Of a DNA stretch of 64,000 nucleotides, positions 8,794 to 18,926 are shown in pieces. The stretch spans positions 3,232,001-3,296,000 of the forward strand of contig OZ244170.1 of assembly GCA_965216565.1 (NCBI GenBank), written 5' to 3'. Source of the DNA: Bythopirellula sp. GTDB lineage: Bacteria; Planctomycetota; Planctomycetia; Pirellulales; Lacipirellulaceae. The position numbers and the translations under genes were made by a program. Each line of letters opens with the position of its first letter. Position 1 is the stretch's first letter. Below the pieces are notes generated by a model. It did not search any database. It was not told the DNA's origin and worked only from the letters and a program-made list of their open reading frames with translations.

Positions 8794-11091
8794 TCATAGC
8801 ATATCCCAGGGATCCACGTCCACGGAACAATGAAAATCTTTGGGAAGTTTGAGACCTAATGTGGCCGCAGCAGCTATCTGCCGAAGCGGTTCGCTGGCGA
8901 TTGCTTGCAGTTGGATTTGAAAGCGAAAGTTCCCTCGCAATTTGGGAATCGCTGCTGGAGCCGCACCCAAGACTCGCACGCCTTCAGTCTCCTGAGCCAA
9001 CGCTTTAAGCCGATTTGCCAAGCCGTCGGCCAGATCGCTAGTCTGCTCTTCCTGGGGACCCCGCATGACAATTCTGACCATCGCCCCACATGGTGGATAC
9101 TGATGCGTGACGCGACTTTTAAGTTCCCCCTCGGCAAACCTGAGATAGTCGTGACGGACGGCCGCAATAATTGCGGCATGGTCTGGGTTCAGGGTCTGCA
9201 CAAGCACCCGGCCCCCCTTGGCTCCACGTCCCGTGCGGCCAGCCACCTGGGCCACAAGCTGAAAGGTCCTTTCCCCCGCTCGAAAATCCGGTAAGTGCAA
9301 CGCCGTATCGGCATTGATCACGCCTACCAACGTGACGTTCGGAAAGTCCAGTCCCTTGGCAATCATCTGAGTGCCTAGCAGTATATCAATCTCGCCAGCG
9401 CGGAATTTCCCGAGCACCTGTTCGTGGCTACCTGCGGTCCGCATGCTGTCGGTATCCATGCGAGCACACACCGACTTGGGAAATCGAGCGCGAACCTCGT
9501 CCTCCAACTTTTGCGTTCCCAATCCGCCATAACGAATTGCGTGGGACTTGCAGTCGGGACAATCTGTTGGCGGCAATTCTTCATAATCACAATAGTGGCA
9601 CAACGCTTTATTCTTTTGCCGATGGAACGTCAATGAAATATCACACGCGGGACAGTTCAATACAAAACCACACGCAGGGCATTGAATATGCGTAGAGAAG
9701 CCACGTCGGTTTAGCAACAGTATCACCTGGCCCTCTTCCCTTAGTGCCGCCACCATAGCCTGATGCAACGGACGAGAAATTCCGCCCCGCCCTCCCCGGC
9801 TCTGACCAGGATCGCGCAAATCGATTGTCGCCACATCGGGCAGCGGTCGATCAAGCACACGCTTCGGCAACGACATCCGTGTGAACTCACCATCAATCGT
9901 GCGCTGCCAGGCTTCCAGAGAAGGTGTCGCGCTTCCCAACACCAGTGGAATCCGCTCGGCCAAGGCCCGCTGCCAGGCGACATCTCGTGCATGATAGCGC
10001 GGAGCTGAGTCTTGCTTGAATGACGATTCATGTTCCTCATCGATCACGATCAAACCCAGATGTGGAGTGGGCGAAAACACAGCACTTCTTGCACCAATCA
10101 CCACCTGTACTTCGCCGCGAGCAATCCGCTGCCAGTGGCGATGCCGCTCGACGTCCGACTGATGGCTATGCAGCACGGCCACGGAATCAAACCGTTCTCG
10201 AAATCGCCTCACTGTCTGCGGAGTCAGACTTATCTCCGGCACGAGTACAATTGCCTGGCGGCCAAAGCTTACCACTTTCTCGATGGCTTGCAGATATACT
10301 TCGGTCTTGCCGCTCCCAGTTACTCCGTGCAATACCATGCCACGCGGTTCTGCCTGCTCCAGGGCTTCCAGTATTTGATCGAGGGACCGTTGCTGATCGG
10401 GGTTGAGCTCAAGAGGCGGCTGCCGGTCCACCACTAAATCGTCCAAGGCGCCACTGTCGATGCGCTTCACGAAACTCTCAATCAGCCCCTTTTTGAGTAG
10501 TTGCTTAATGGGTCCAACCGTACATCCGGCAAGCTCCGCAAGTTGATTCTGCGTCAGCGGACGATGACTGGATGCAAGGGTTTCGAGCGCTTTACGCTGT
10601 TGCTTGGACGAGAGCTTTTGCTGCGAAAGATTCTCCGCAACGTCGGGGGGAACTTGCAGCAAGGTGACCTGTCGTGTTCCAGCGAGCTTTCGCACTCCGG
10701 CAGGGACTACCGCCTGCAAGACTTGCCCCCAAGGACACAGGTAATAGTCGGCCATCCAGCGTGTGAGTTGCAGCATTGCCGACGACAGCAGCGAGCTGCC
10801 ATCGATTACAGCCGCAACTTCTTTCAATCGCCCTGGTTCAACGCCCTTCGTTTCCAATTCTACGCAATAGGCAACGACGGTGCGATTTGATCGACCAAAC
10901 GGAACCTTCAACCGCCGCCCCACTTCCACCAGCCGATCAGAAAGCGACTCATCGGAGAATTGCCCCGGCACCAAATAGTCGTATTCGCCCGGTGCTCCTT
11001 CGCCCAAAACCACGGTAGCCACTAGCCGCTGCTCGCGCGCAGCCACCTCCCAGGCTTCAGGCTCGGTGTCGAATAGTTGGCGTTGGGACAT
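8794..11091 (-). CDS. priA: Primosomal protein N' (replication restart helicase)
   Basis: 'HGVTGSGKTEVY', 'VPEISLTPQT', 'IDEEHE', two pairs of CxxC zinc motifs, 'GTQMIAKGLDFP', 'QVAGRTGR'. Confidence 0.97.
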   Translation of the reverse strand: MSQRQLFDTEPEAWEVAAREQRLVATVVLGEGAPGEYDYLVPGQFSDESLSDRLVEVGRRLKVPFGRSNRTVVAYCVELETKGVEPGRLKEVAAVIDGSSLLSSAMLQLTRWMADYYLCPWGQVLQAVVPAGVRKLAGTRQVTLLQVPPDVAENLSQQKLSSKQQRKALETLASSHRPLTQNQLAELAGCTVGPIKQLLKKGLIESFVKRIDSGALDDLVVDRQPPLELNPDQQRSLDQILEALEQAEPRGMVLHGVTGSGKTEVYLQAIEKVVSFGRQAIVLVPEISLTPQTVRRFRERFDSVAVLHSHQSDVERHRHWQRIARGEVQVVIGARSAVFSPTPHLGLIVIDEEHESSFKQDSAPRYHARDVAWQRALAERIPLVLGSATPSLEAWQRTIDGEFTRMSLPKRVLDRPLPDVATIDLRDPGQSRGGRGGISRPLHQAMVAALREEGQVILLLNRRGFSTHIQCPACGFVLNCPACDISLTFHRQKNKALCHYCDYEELPPTDCPDCKSHAIRYGGLGTQKLEDEVRARFPKSVCARMDTDSMRTAGSHEQVLGKFRAGEIDILLGTQMIAKGLDFPNVTLVGVINADTALHLPDFRAGERTFQLVAQVAGRTGRGAKGGRVLVQTLNPDHAAIIAAVRHDYLRFAEGELKSRVTHQYPPCGAMVRIVMRGPQEEQTSDLADGLANRLKALAQETEGVRVLGAAPAAIPKLRGNFRFQIQLQAIASEPLRQIAAAATLGLKLPKDFHCSVDVDPWDML

Positions 11092-11241
11092 GATTTAGAG
11101 TCGGGGGATAGAGGTCAGGGAACGCAGTATATCCGACTGAGTAGTCAGGTCTATTCCGCAGAGGTAATATGAGAAGACCAGAGTGAGGCGATTGTTAAAT
11201 TGCCTTGCTGAACCCCGGCCCCCAAACCTCTGGCCCACCCT

Positions 11242-11853
11242 ATGCGACTTGGCATATTTGGCGGAAGCTTCGATCCCATCCACAATGGCCATCTGGCCCT
11301 GGCGGATTGCTGCGCCGAACAAGCCCGTTTAGACAAACTCTGGTTTGTCCCGACCGCCCATCAGCCACTAAAACCAACTGGCCCGCGAGCCGCTGACGAA
11401 GACCGTTTGGCCATGCTCCAACTAGCGCTCTCGGGTAGCAGTCGCTACAGCATTTCGCAAATCGAAATTCAACGAGGCGGCGTCAGCTACACTTCGATTA
11501 CTCTCGCCGCAATCAAGAAGGAGCAACCCGGAGCCGAGCTTTTTTTCTTGATGGGAGCGGATTCCCTGGCCGATTTTCCACTGTGGCACGAGCCAGCGAG
11601 AATCTGCGAATTGGCAACGCCGTTGGTCGTTCGACGTGCTGAACTCACTGAGCCTGACTTCGCTGTGCTCGAAAGTATCGTTTCGTCCGAACGCTTGGCT
11701 GAGATTCGCAGTGCTCAGGTTGAGATGCCTGCTGTTGCGATCAGTAGCTCGGAAATCCGTAGCCTGATTGCCAGCCGAGGTGACTGGCAAGAAATGGTGC
11801 CTCCTGACGTGGCTGATTATATCAACCAGAAGCGGATCTATACTTCGCACTAA
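11242..11853 (+). CDS. nadD: Nicotinate-nucleotide adenylyltransferase
   Basis: 'GIFGGSFDPIHNGH', 'FLMGADS', 'ISSSEIR'. Confidence 0.95.
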   Translation: MRLGIFGGSFDPIHNGHLALADCCAEQARLDKLWFVPTAHQPLKPTGPRAADEDRLAMLQLALSGSSRYSISQIEIQRGGVSYTSITLAAIKKEQPGAELFFLMGADSLADFPLWHEPARICELATPLVVRRAELTEPDFAVLESIVSSERLAEIRSAQVEMPAVAISSSEIRSLIASRGDWQEMVPPDVADYINQKRIYTSH

Positions 11854-12014
11854 TAATGCTCAAGCTGGCTTTCGTAGTGCGCCTTCTTTTCGAGTCGCGT
11901 CGTTCCACCGCCGGAGTAGTTGTCACCAAAGAGATTAAAAACTGCATCCGACATTGAGCATCCCGAACAGCTCACAGCCAGTGCGAACAAGACTAACAGT
12001 CTGGCGGTTCCCAT
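11850..12014 (-). CDS. Small putative lipoprotein, 54 aa (below the ORF-track cutoff)
   Basis: Translated by hand: MGTARLLVLFALAVSCSGCSMSDAVFNLFGDNYSGGGTTRLEKKAHYESQLEHY*. AAAGGA lies upstream; signal peptide ends in SCSG-C; fills the gap between nadD and the next gene. Confidence 0.65.
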   Translation of the reverse strand: MGTARLLVLFALAVSCSGCSMSDAVFNLFGDNYSGGGTTRLEKKAHYESQLEHY

Positions 12015-12059
12015 CTCTAATATCCTTTGGTAATCGTCATCCGTTCTGATACGATGCGA

Positions 12060-12323
12060 TTATGCCGCTTTCTGATGTGGGTGAACCCGGTCTGCCAGGG
12101 CTGGGTGTAGCTTGAGCGAGCCAATGTCCGGAGCATCTTTGAGCGCATCGACCACATCCGCCAACTGTTCGCGGTAGGACTGTGTCATGTCGATCATCAG
12201 ACAGCGTTTGCCCCGAATCAAGCAATGCCCTCCGCCCGCACCTTCTAGGGCATCTTCCCGGACTTCGTAACCAAGCTTCTTAGCCGCATCGAGTGCTTGA
12301 GCTAGTAATTGTGCAGTATGCAT
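12060..12323 (-). CDS. Small conserved-looking hypothetical protein (87 aa from the ATG at 12323)
   Basis: MHTAQLLAQALDAAKKLGYEVREDALEGAGGGHCLIRGKRCLMID...; GGAAAAG upstream. The ORF track extends the start to 12386. Confidence 0.7.
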   Translation of the reverse strand: MHTAQLLAQALDAAKKLGYEVREDALEGAGGGHCLIRGKRCLMIDMTQSYREQLADVVDALKDAPDIGSLKLHPALADRVHPHQKAA

Positions 12324-12630
12324 GGGTGCTTTCCCTATTCGTTTTTTACTTCTACTAGCCTGAGATATGAGTATTCGACACTGCAATCAGGCCTTAGCGC
12401 AGGGCGCTAACAAAAAAAGCGGGCGGATTATAGGGTTCCAAGTTAGAGTCGCCCAGGTGAATCCGTCGATAGAGATAAATAACGGGTTGCATGCTAGGGA
12501 TTGCGCATGCGCTTTAGCGAAAATCGGGCAGCTAGTCCGACAGGGCAAACTAAGGCGACCGACTTCAACAAAAAGTGATAGCACTTCACTACCCGCGACG
12601 CAACGCGTCGCAAAGCTCGACTGAAGGGAT

Positions 12631-13473
12631 TTGGCGATGGAAGGCGGAGAACTCTCCCTCGAACAGCAGGTTGAACTGCTCCAGCAACAACTTGTCGAGG
12701 CGCAGCGACTGGCCGCGTTAGGCGAATTGGTGGGCACCACCACCCACGAGTTCAACAATATGCTGATGATGATTCTCAACTACGCCAAGCTCGGTCTTCG
12801 CAACAAGGATAATGAGAGTCGCGACAAAGCCCTGCAAAAAATCCTATCCGCGGCAGAGCGGGCTGAGAAAATCACCAACAGCGTGTTAGGGATGGCTCGC
12901 AATCGCAAGCAAGAGTTTGCCCCCACCGATCTGCCGACCATCATCAATGAATCGCTCGTGCTTCTGGAGCGAGAAATGATGAAATACAAAGTGGCAGTAC
13001 GATGCGAGTTTGCCGAAGTCCCCGAGGTACGGGCCATCGGGAATCAAATTCAACAAGTACTGCTCAACTTGATGACCAACTCTCGACAAGCCATGCCCGA
13101 CGGAGGCGAGATTGTGGTTCGCCTCGCGCATGATCCCAACGAGAACCTGGTGGACTTGACGATACGCGACAGTGGCAGCGGGATTCCACGCGAAAAACTG
13201 CCGCGTATTTTTGATCGATTCTACAGCACGAAGAGTGGCCCCGACGAAAGTGGCAAAGGCGGCACAGGCGTTGGGCTCTCCACTTGCAAAGATATTGTCG
13301 ACGCCCACCGTGGACGTTTGCGGGTCGAAAGCACAGTGGGCAAAGGCACCGCCTTTACAATTCGGTTGCCCGTCTATCAGGAACAGGCTTCGCAGCCTTC
13401 ACAAGTTACGCCAACCCAATTAGGCGTTCCGAGTCTCGGTACCCACACGCGCGGCGAATCCCTGCCCAGCTGA
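12631..13473 (+). CDS. Cytoplasmic histidine kinase lacking a sensor domain (NtrB-like core)
   Basis: 'THEFNNML', 'QQVLLNLMTNS', 'DSGSGI', 'GTGVGLS'; only about 25 aa precede the DHp domain. Start is probably the ATG at 12637. Confidence 0.88.
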   Translation: MAMEGGELSLEQQVELLQQQLVEAQRLAALGELVGTTTHEFNNMLMMILNYAKLGLRNKDNESRDKALQKILSAAERAEKITNSVLGMARNRKQEFAPTDLPTIINESLVLLEREMMKYKVAVRCEFAEVPEVRAIGNQIQQVLLNLMTNSRQAMPDGGEIVVRLAHDPNENLVDLTIRDSGSGIPREKLPRIFDRFYSTKSGPDESGKGGTGVGLSTCKDIVDAHRGRLRVESTVGKGTAFTIRLPVYQEQASQPSQVTPTQLGVPSLGTHTRGESLPS

Positions 13474-13491
13474 TCGCTTGATCCAAGCGAA

Positions 13492-14304
13492 TTATCTTAG
13501 AATGACGCCATTTGCGGCACCGCCCGTCAAACGCGCCTGGATCTCACTCAGCATTGCCTGTTCGCATGCTTGATCTCGGCCCAAGGGAATCCAGTATTCT
13601 GAGAGCTTCGTCCGGCTGACTCGTTCGGTCACGCTACTAGTAAGTGAATTGTCGTTGCGGAAGATGGCCGTACCCGCTGTTGAGTTTTCTGGATGCGGTA
13701 AATCTTCCAGCTCTTTGTACACAGTCAGATCGATCAAGTAGCCGCTTTGCTCGGGAATCACCCGCACCAAACCGCGACGACGAATCGTTTGGAATGTGCT
13801 CTCCCATCGGTTGTAGCGTCCGACGGAATCTGGCCGATGGATTTCTGGAAGCGTTGCGCCAATTTGCGGAAATGTGTCGATCCGTCCCTCAGTAATAACA
13901 TTACCCACGGTCTGTACGCGACTCTCTCGTTCGATGCGAAAATAGTCGTCTACGACATCAACTATTTGCTCCCAAGTCCAATCTTGGTTGCTCACAGGCA
14001 CGAAAATGGGGTTAGCCACAGCGACTTGCGCAGGCGTGGTCACCTGAGGCGGCAGGATCATGGCGTTCCCCGAAACCGGTGGAGATACCGGCAAGACACC
14101 TTGAGAGTTTTGGGGAGGCGCGAAAAGTGGAGGTTGGCCCGAAGGAGCCACAAAAGTTGGTTGTTGCCCAAGCATCACCGCTTGCTGGTTTGCGATAGGC
14201 GCCGTCTGAATTGGCTGGCAACCTAGGGCAGTCACCAAACCAATCGGGAACCAACAAATTTTCCAGAGCTGCATGCGCACCTTGAGCCTCGCAGATTTCG
14301 CCAA
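13492..14304 (-). CDS. Hypothetical lipoprotein
   Basis: Lipobox 'ALGC', a Pro/Gln-rich linker, then a globular domain ('WEQIVDVVDDYFRIERE...QTIRRR'). Confidence 0.75.
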   Translation of the reverse strand: MAKSARLKVRMQLWKICWFPIGLVTALGCQPIQTAPIANQQAVMLGQQPTFVAPSGQPPLFAPPQNSQGVLPVSPPVSGNAMILPPQVTTPAQVAVANPIFVPVSNQDWTWEQIVDVVDDYFRIERESRVQTVGNVITEGRIDTFPQIGATLPEIHRPDSVGRYNRWESTFQTIRRRGLVRVIPEQSGYLIDLTVYKELEDLPHPENSTAGTAIFRNDNSLTSSVTERVSRTKLSEYWIPLGRDQACEQAMLSEIQARLTGGAANGVILR

Positions 14305-14380
14305 TCAAGCGGCGAATCGTCGCGGAACAAGTGGCAGGCAACAAGGGCAATTCACGCCTGCTAGCATTGGCCCCGTTTGC

Positions 14381-14596
14381 CTAACGGCGACGGAACAAGC
14401 CTCGGCGATAGCTACGGCCGAAAACAGATCCCCGATTGCCCTGCTGGCGTTCCCAGCGCATCGAGCGATAGTTCACCCCATGGATGTTGCCAGAGCTGTA
14501 TGGATTCCCTCGGCTAATGACTCGGGCTTCAGCTTGGGGCATTTCCAAGCTCATGGTAGCAGCCAAGACCCAGGCACCAACGATTAAGCGAAACAT
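14381..14596 (-). CDS. Small secreted Arg/Gly-rich protein (71 aa from the ATG at 14596)
   Basis: GGAGAG RBS; signal peptide ending 'AEA'; basic tail 'RRGLFRRR'. Confidence 0.6.
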   Translation of the reverse strand: MFRLIVGAWVLAATMSLEMPQAEARVISRGNPYSSGNIHGVNYRSMRWERQQGNRGSVFGRSYRRGLFRRR

Positions 14597-14694
14597 TGCA
14601 CTCTCCATAAATAAAAGATTCCAAGCAGGCACCCGCATTATACGCAGGCCGTATTGTGCAGGCAAAATAGAGAGAAGCTTTGGTAAGAAACACC

Positions 14695-14734
14695 AAAAGC
14701 AACAGGCCGGCCCCCCTTGCAGGTGACCGGCCTG
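14695..14734 (-). terminator. Probable intrinsic terminator
   Basis: Stem caggccgg (14703-14710) / ccggcctg (14727-14734), followed on the minus strand by ttgctttt, downstream of the 14785..15483 gene. Confidence 0.45.
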
Positions 14735-14784
14735 GCGGTTGCAAAGCCGCGGCCAAAGTGGCTGTTGTGTCTGAATCAGGAGAT

Positions 14785-15483
14785 TCAGAACGATGGATTA
14801 TCTATGCCCAGTCGCATTTTCAATTCTTCAAAGCGAGATATGTACTCGTCATTCGTGGAATGCACGTGCTCGGCTTCGGTGATGAACTTCATGTCTTCGC
14901 GACAATTGAGATTCGCATCAATCATCGCCAGCTCATAGTCTTTCAGATCTTTGCCATACACGACAAGGAGTTTGTGCTCGTCGAATTGAACTTCTTGTGG
15001 AATTTGTGGATTCAAAACGGCAATTCCGGTACAACCGTCATTGACTAACATGTCTTCGAAGTCCCACAGGATGCTCTGCAGGATGGGCATGTCGATGTGT
15101 TCGCGATAGAGGTCCTGATGACCTTTGTCGTTGTAGCTATGGCTCGTCTCCAGCACGACGTCCACTACTGGTCCCAGAGGTTCGAGCAAACTCATGAAGG
15201 TCTCGAACACTTCGTCCCGGGAGGCCGAAGCCATGAGAACGGGAACATCTTGGCGGGTCTGCTCATCCCGATAGACATCGTGACGGAAACCTGCCGAGGG
15301 GACGACGTCAAGGTTGAACGACGGCCGTACTGCATCGGTCAACACGAAATCTCCGTATCGGCTAACTCCCAGATGCGCTTCCAGTTCGTCCGAGTTCAGC
15401 TTCTCAAAGCTGCTGGTCGACTGATTCTGATTTTCCTCGTGGAAAACGTAGGTGAAGAAGTTCTTTAAGAATCCCATCGGCAA
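14785..15483 (-). CDS. Conserved hypothetical protein
   Basis: 232-aa acidic ORF with natural protein composition ('VDVVLETSH', 'NDGCTGIAV', 'EVQFDEHKLL'). Confidence 0.8.
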   Translation of the reverse strand: MPMGFLKNFFTYVFHEENQNQSTSSFEKLNSDELEAHLGVSRYGDFVLTDAVRPSFNLDVVPSAGFRHDVYRDEQTRQDVPVLMASASRDEVFETFMSLLEPLGPVVDVVLETSHSYNDKGHQDLYREHIDMPILQSILWDFEDMLVNDGCTGIAVLNPQIPQEVQFDEHKLLVVYGKDLKDYELAMIDANLNCREDMKFITEAEHVHSTNDEYISRFEELKMRLGIDNPSF

Positions 15484-15831
15484 ACTCGTGGCTGGATCAA
15501 TTCTATTTGTTGTGAACTATCGCCGAGTCAGTATCGACGGTAGTTTCGTTTGATGACTTCGGGCCATCGTGCCGTTGGGGAGTGAACTAGCGGATAGACC
15601 GTTACCGGCCCCGCTATTGGAATAGTAGGTTATCGTGAGAGGGAATCCCTTACGAAGCAGCCCGAGCGGAGGGCTTTAGAGAGACCTAGAGCAATAAAAC
15701 CCGCACAATCGGACTCGGGGAGAGAACCGGGCTAAACGCATCTAGATTTGCTGAAATCGCACGTCAAGAATGATGCATTTGGGCAACGACAGGGCGTCGA
15801 GCGCGCTGGAAACACCAAATCCAAGCTGTCC

Positions 15832-17211
15832 CTATTCGGCAATCGGCTCGGGGAGAGCTTGCGACAGAGTGTAAAGAGCCATAGCAGTACCGTATTGCTG
15901 GTGGTAACCGTACAGCATGTAATCCCACCAGCTGCCATCCTTTTCTTGCTTCGGAAGCAACAAAGCGGCGAGATGACCTTCGAAGTGGGCACGCTCGCTC
16001 TCAGGCAATTGCTGGATGCACTTGGCTGCGTAGTAGTGACCGTAGTAGTAAAAATAGCCTGCCACACCGAAATCGCCAAAGTGCGGTGATTCACCAGGGA
16101 TGTGCCGTTTGCGACTCATGCTGAGCCACCCATTTCTGGCGATCAACCGATTAAGCCAAGTGCGGAGAACTTCAAGCGTGACGTCTTCATCTCCGTAGAG
16201 TCGCATAGCTAAGTTGCAAACCTGCGAGCGACCCAAGCTTCCCGCCGGTCGGTTGATACTGTACCGAGGCCGGAGGCTCAAGTATTCACCGTAGGCGTAA
16301 GAAAAGTCGGGATATCGCTGACGACGTAGGGAAGCCATCGCCCGATTAATCTGTTTCTGAGGAAACTCAATTCCCAACGCCTCCGCATCTTTGAGAGCAA
16401 TTAGCACCGTAGCAGTCGTAAAGCTAGATGAGCTGCCCGTCGGACGTTGGAACCGTGCTAATCGTGGGGTTTGCATGTTGTCGTGATCGTAGTAGCCCCA
16501 GCCGCCATCGAGCAATTCATCACGCTGGAGCCGATCGACGTGATAGTTGATGCTATCCAAAAGACGCTGCTTGAGACCCGCTTCATCAGCGGCCCTTTCG
16601 TGAAGCGACTTGAGTGCGTGGATCGCGAAGGCATGTCCCCAAACGTTGTATAGTGGGTAGCCAAAGTAGTCGTCGTAGGCATCGGGCTCACTCCGGCGGA
16701 GTTTTCCGCCTTCCTCAAGCAGCCACTCCTGCCCAAGATCGATGGCCTGCTCAACTTGGCTGAGCCGTTTTCCTTCGCAATGCTTACTCACTTCGATAAG
16801 CGAATCGAGGCACAATGCAGTAGTGGCGGTGCGGAATGCATAGTGGGAACCAGGTACCGGAGCCCAGATACGAAAATACTTAGGATTTGCCGAGCGCCCC
16901 CAGTAACCAGCATCAGTCTGAGAATCTAAGAGATAATCGATGCCACGCGTAACAGAACTTAGAATGACTTCCGCTGTGGGGGGCTCAATGTCAGCCGGCT
17001 GGGGACCTTCCACCGACAATGGGTAGCGAAGTTCAGCCGACTCTGAATTGGCTCCGTCAGCTCCAACTTCCTGCGAAACCGCCCGCTGAACTACAGCCGG
17101 CAAAGATAAAGCCACACATACACCCGCCAGCAGCACTACCCAAGCTCTAGCGCTTCGCCTTTGCATGGGCCTCGCAGGTTGCTCAATCGTAGTTGCCAAA
17201 TATGAAATCAC
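15832..17211 (-). CDS. Secreted prenyltransferase/squalene-oxidase-repeat (alpha/alpha toroid) protein
   Basis: QW-like repeats 'GIDYLLDSQTDAGYWG', 'DGGWGYY', 'LLPKQEKDGSWW'; N-terminal signal sequence. Confidence 0.75.
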   Translation of the reverse strand: MISYLATTIEQPARPMQRRSARAWVVLLAGVCVALSLPAVVQRAVSQEVGADGANSESAELRYPLSVEGPQPADIEPPTAEVILSSVTRGIDYLLDSQTDAGYWGRSANPKYFRIWAPVPGSHYAFRTATTALCLDSLIEVSKHCEGKRLSQVEQAIDLGQEWLLEEGGKLRRSEPDAYDDYFGYPLYNVWGHAFAIHALKSLHERAADEAGLKQRLLDSINYHVDRLQRDELLDGGWGYYDHDNMQTPRLARFQRPTGSSSSFTTATVLIALKDAEALGIEFPQKQINRAMASLRRQRYPDFSYAYGEYLSLRPRYSINRPAGSLGRSQVCNLAMRLYGDEDVTLEVLRTWLNRLIARNGWLSMSRKRHIPGESPHFGDFGVAGYFYYYGHYYAAKCIQQLPESERAHFEGHLAALLLPKQEKDGSWWDYMLYGYHQQYGTAMALYTLSQALPEPIAE

Positions 17212-18926
17212 TAGTCTTCCTTGGACTTGTCTTCTTCCTTTTCCTTGACAATCTTGTCCCCCGCACTCAAACCACTGAGGACCTCAACCTTCTTGTCTTT
17301 TTTGCGACCCAGCTTCACGTCTTTACGAGTCGGCTTTTCGTTGTCACCAAGGAGTATTACGTACTTTTGCTTGTCGTCATCTTCATCGGTCTGCACATAG
17401 CTACTAGGAATAACGATAGCCGATTCGTTGTCATACACCGTCACGTTCGCTTCGCAGGTCATCCCCGCCACGAGCCACTCTGGTGCATTATCCAGATCTA
17501 AATCGATACTGACCATATACTTTCCAGCCGCATCAGGCACCGATAGCACTTTGGCAATTTTTCCTGGAAGGGATATATCCTCATCAGCCGCAGGCATGAC
17601 TTTGGCAGGCAAACCGACTTTAAAATCGGGTAGATCTTTTTCAGCGATTCTTGATTCCACTTCAAGCGGACGCTGACTGACAACGGTCATCAAAACAGTG
17701 TTGGCTGACACTTTGCCAAAAGGCTTAAGCTTATTGGAGAGTGTTGTTACCTCTGTCCATTTCCCTTTTACCGAACGGCCGTAATACACCACACCATCGG
17801 TTGGTGCCTTAATAACCATTAAGGATCGATCACTCACGAGCTTTGCGTGCCGTTCGATGCTCTTGGCTCGGGCGTTGCGCTTCTTTTCTAGTTCAAACTT
17901 CGCTCGGATCGTACCTTTTTCCTTGGCAGTCTTTGCTTGCTCGAGCTTTAGCTCAGACTGCTCAATCCGCTTTGCATAGGTATCATCGTATCGAGGCAGA
18001 GTCACCTCAAGCGTATAATCGCGATTCGCTTCTTGCAGTTCCAAAGAGAGCTTTGCCGTAGCCACCTGAAATCGCTGTCTTCGCAAGACAATCTCCTCAG
18101 TCTCTTCGGTTAGATCGTCCGCTGCGTACATTTTTTCGAGCTGAGCCAGTTCTTCTTCTTGCGAGGCAAGGTCCTCTTTCGCAGAGTTGTAGCGGTACTC
18201 GGCGATCTCCACCATAAATGGGCGATCGGTTTCCCGGTAATAGTCGAAGTCTTCCTTCAATTGCTCATGCGATAATTTTGCTTGCTCATAGGCAATTTCC
18301 CGTAGTCGCTGCTCGCGCGGATATTCTTCCTCCAACTGCATCAGCGCTAGCTCGCTTAGCCTTTGGTCGATCGACTCGACGGCGAGATCTTTTTCAATCT
18401 TTTCTTCGTCGAATTTTACAAGCACATCGCCCTTTTTCACGGTTGCGCCGTGCTCCACTGCTTCGATTACCTTGAAGTCGGACCATACCTCCGGTCGAAG
18501 GATAATTTCCTCCGAATCGGTCGCTACGAAAACACCTTTTAACTCAGCATCGATTTCAAGTTTCTGCTGTTTCACCTCGTGTGGTTTCGGCTTTTTCGAC
18601 TCGGAGTCCTCTTTCTTGTCGTTATCTGCTTCTGAATCTTCGCCCTTAGACTCTTCCTCCTCTTGGTTTTCGGAGGTTGCGTCGTCTTTCTTCTTTGCAG
18701 ATTTCTCTGAGACGTTCGCCTTTGACCCTGGGTCCGATGCTGTACTCGATTCTTCCTCGGCTTCTTCCGCCTCATCTTCTTCAGCGTGAGGGTGTGAACG
18801 ATTTTGCGACGGAGCGGGCTTGATCGTTTTGACAACAAACAACGATTCAGCTGCCAGCGCAGGCCAGCAAACAACCGCGAGTGCCAGCGTTAGAATCAAA
18901 CAGGCAAAGAAACGCGACATACTCAT
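17211..18926 (-). CDS. HlyD/RND-type periplasmic adaptor-like protein with an extended coiled coil
   Basis: Signal peptide, lipoyl half-motifs 'VEHGATVKKGDVLVKFD' and 'IKAPTDGVVYY', beta-barrel 'LVAGMTCEANV', and 'VEVLSGLSAGDKIV'. Confidence 0.8.
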   Translation of the reverse strand: MSMSRFFACLILTLALAVVCWPALAAESLFVVKTIKPAPSQNRSHPHAEEDEAEEAEEESSTASDPGSKANVSEKSAKKKDDATSENQEEEESKGEDSEADNDKKEDSESKKPKPHEVKQQKLEIDAELKGVFVATDSEEIILRPEVWSDFKVIEAVEHGATVKKGDVLVKFDEEKIEKDLAVESIDQRLSELALMQLEEEYPREQRLREIAYEQAKLSHEQLKEDFDYYRETDRPFMVEIAEYRYNSAKEDLASQEEELAQLEKMYAADDLTEETEEIVLRRQRFQVATAKLSLELQEANRDYTLEVTLPRYDDTYAKRIEQSELKLEQAKTAKEKGTIRAKFELEKKRNARAKSIERHAKLVSDRSLMVIKAPTDGVVYYGRSVKGKWTEVTTLSNKLKPFGKVSANTVLMTVVSQRPLEVESRIAEKDLPDFKVGLPAKVMPAADEDISLPGKIAKVLSVPDAAGKYMVSIDLDLDNAPEWLVAGMTCEANVTVYDNESAIVIPSSYVQTDEDDDKQKYVILLGDNEKPTRKDVKLGRKKDKKVEVLSGLSAGDKIVKEKEEDKSKED

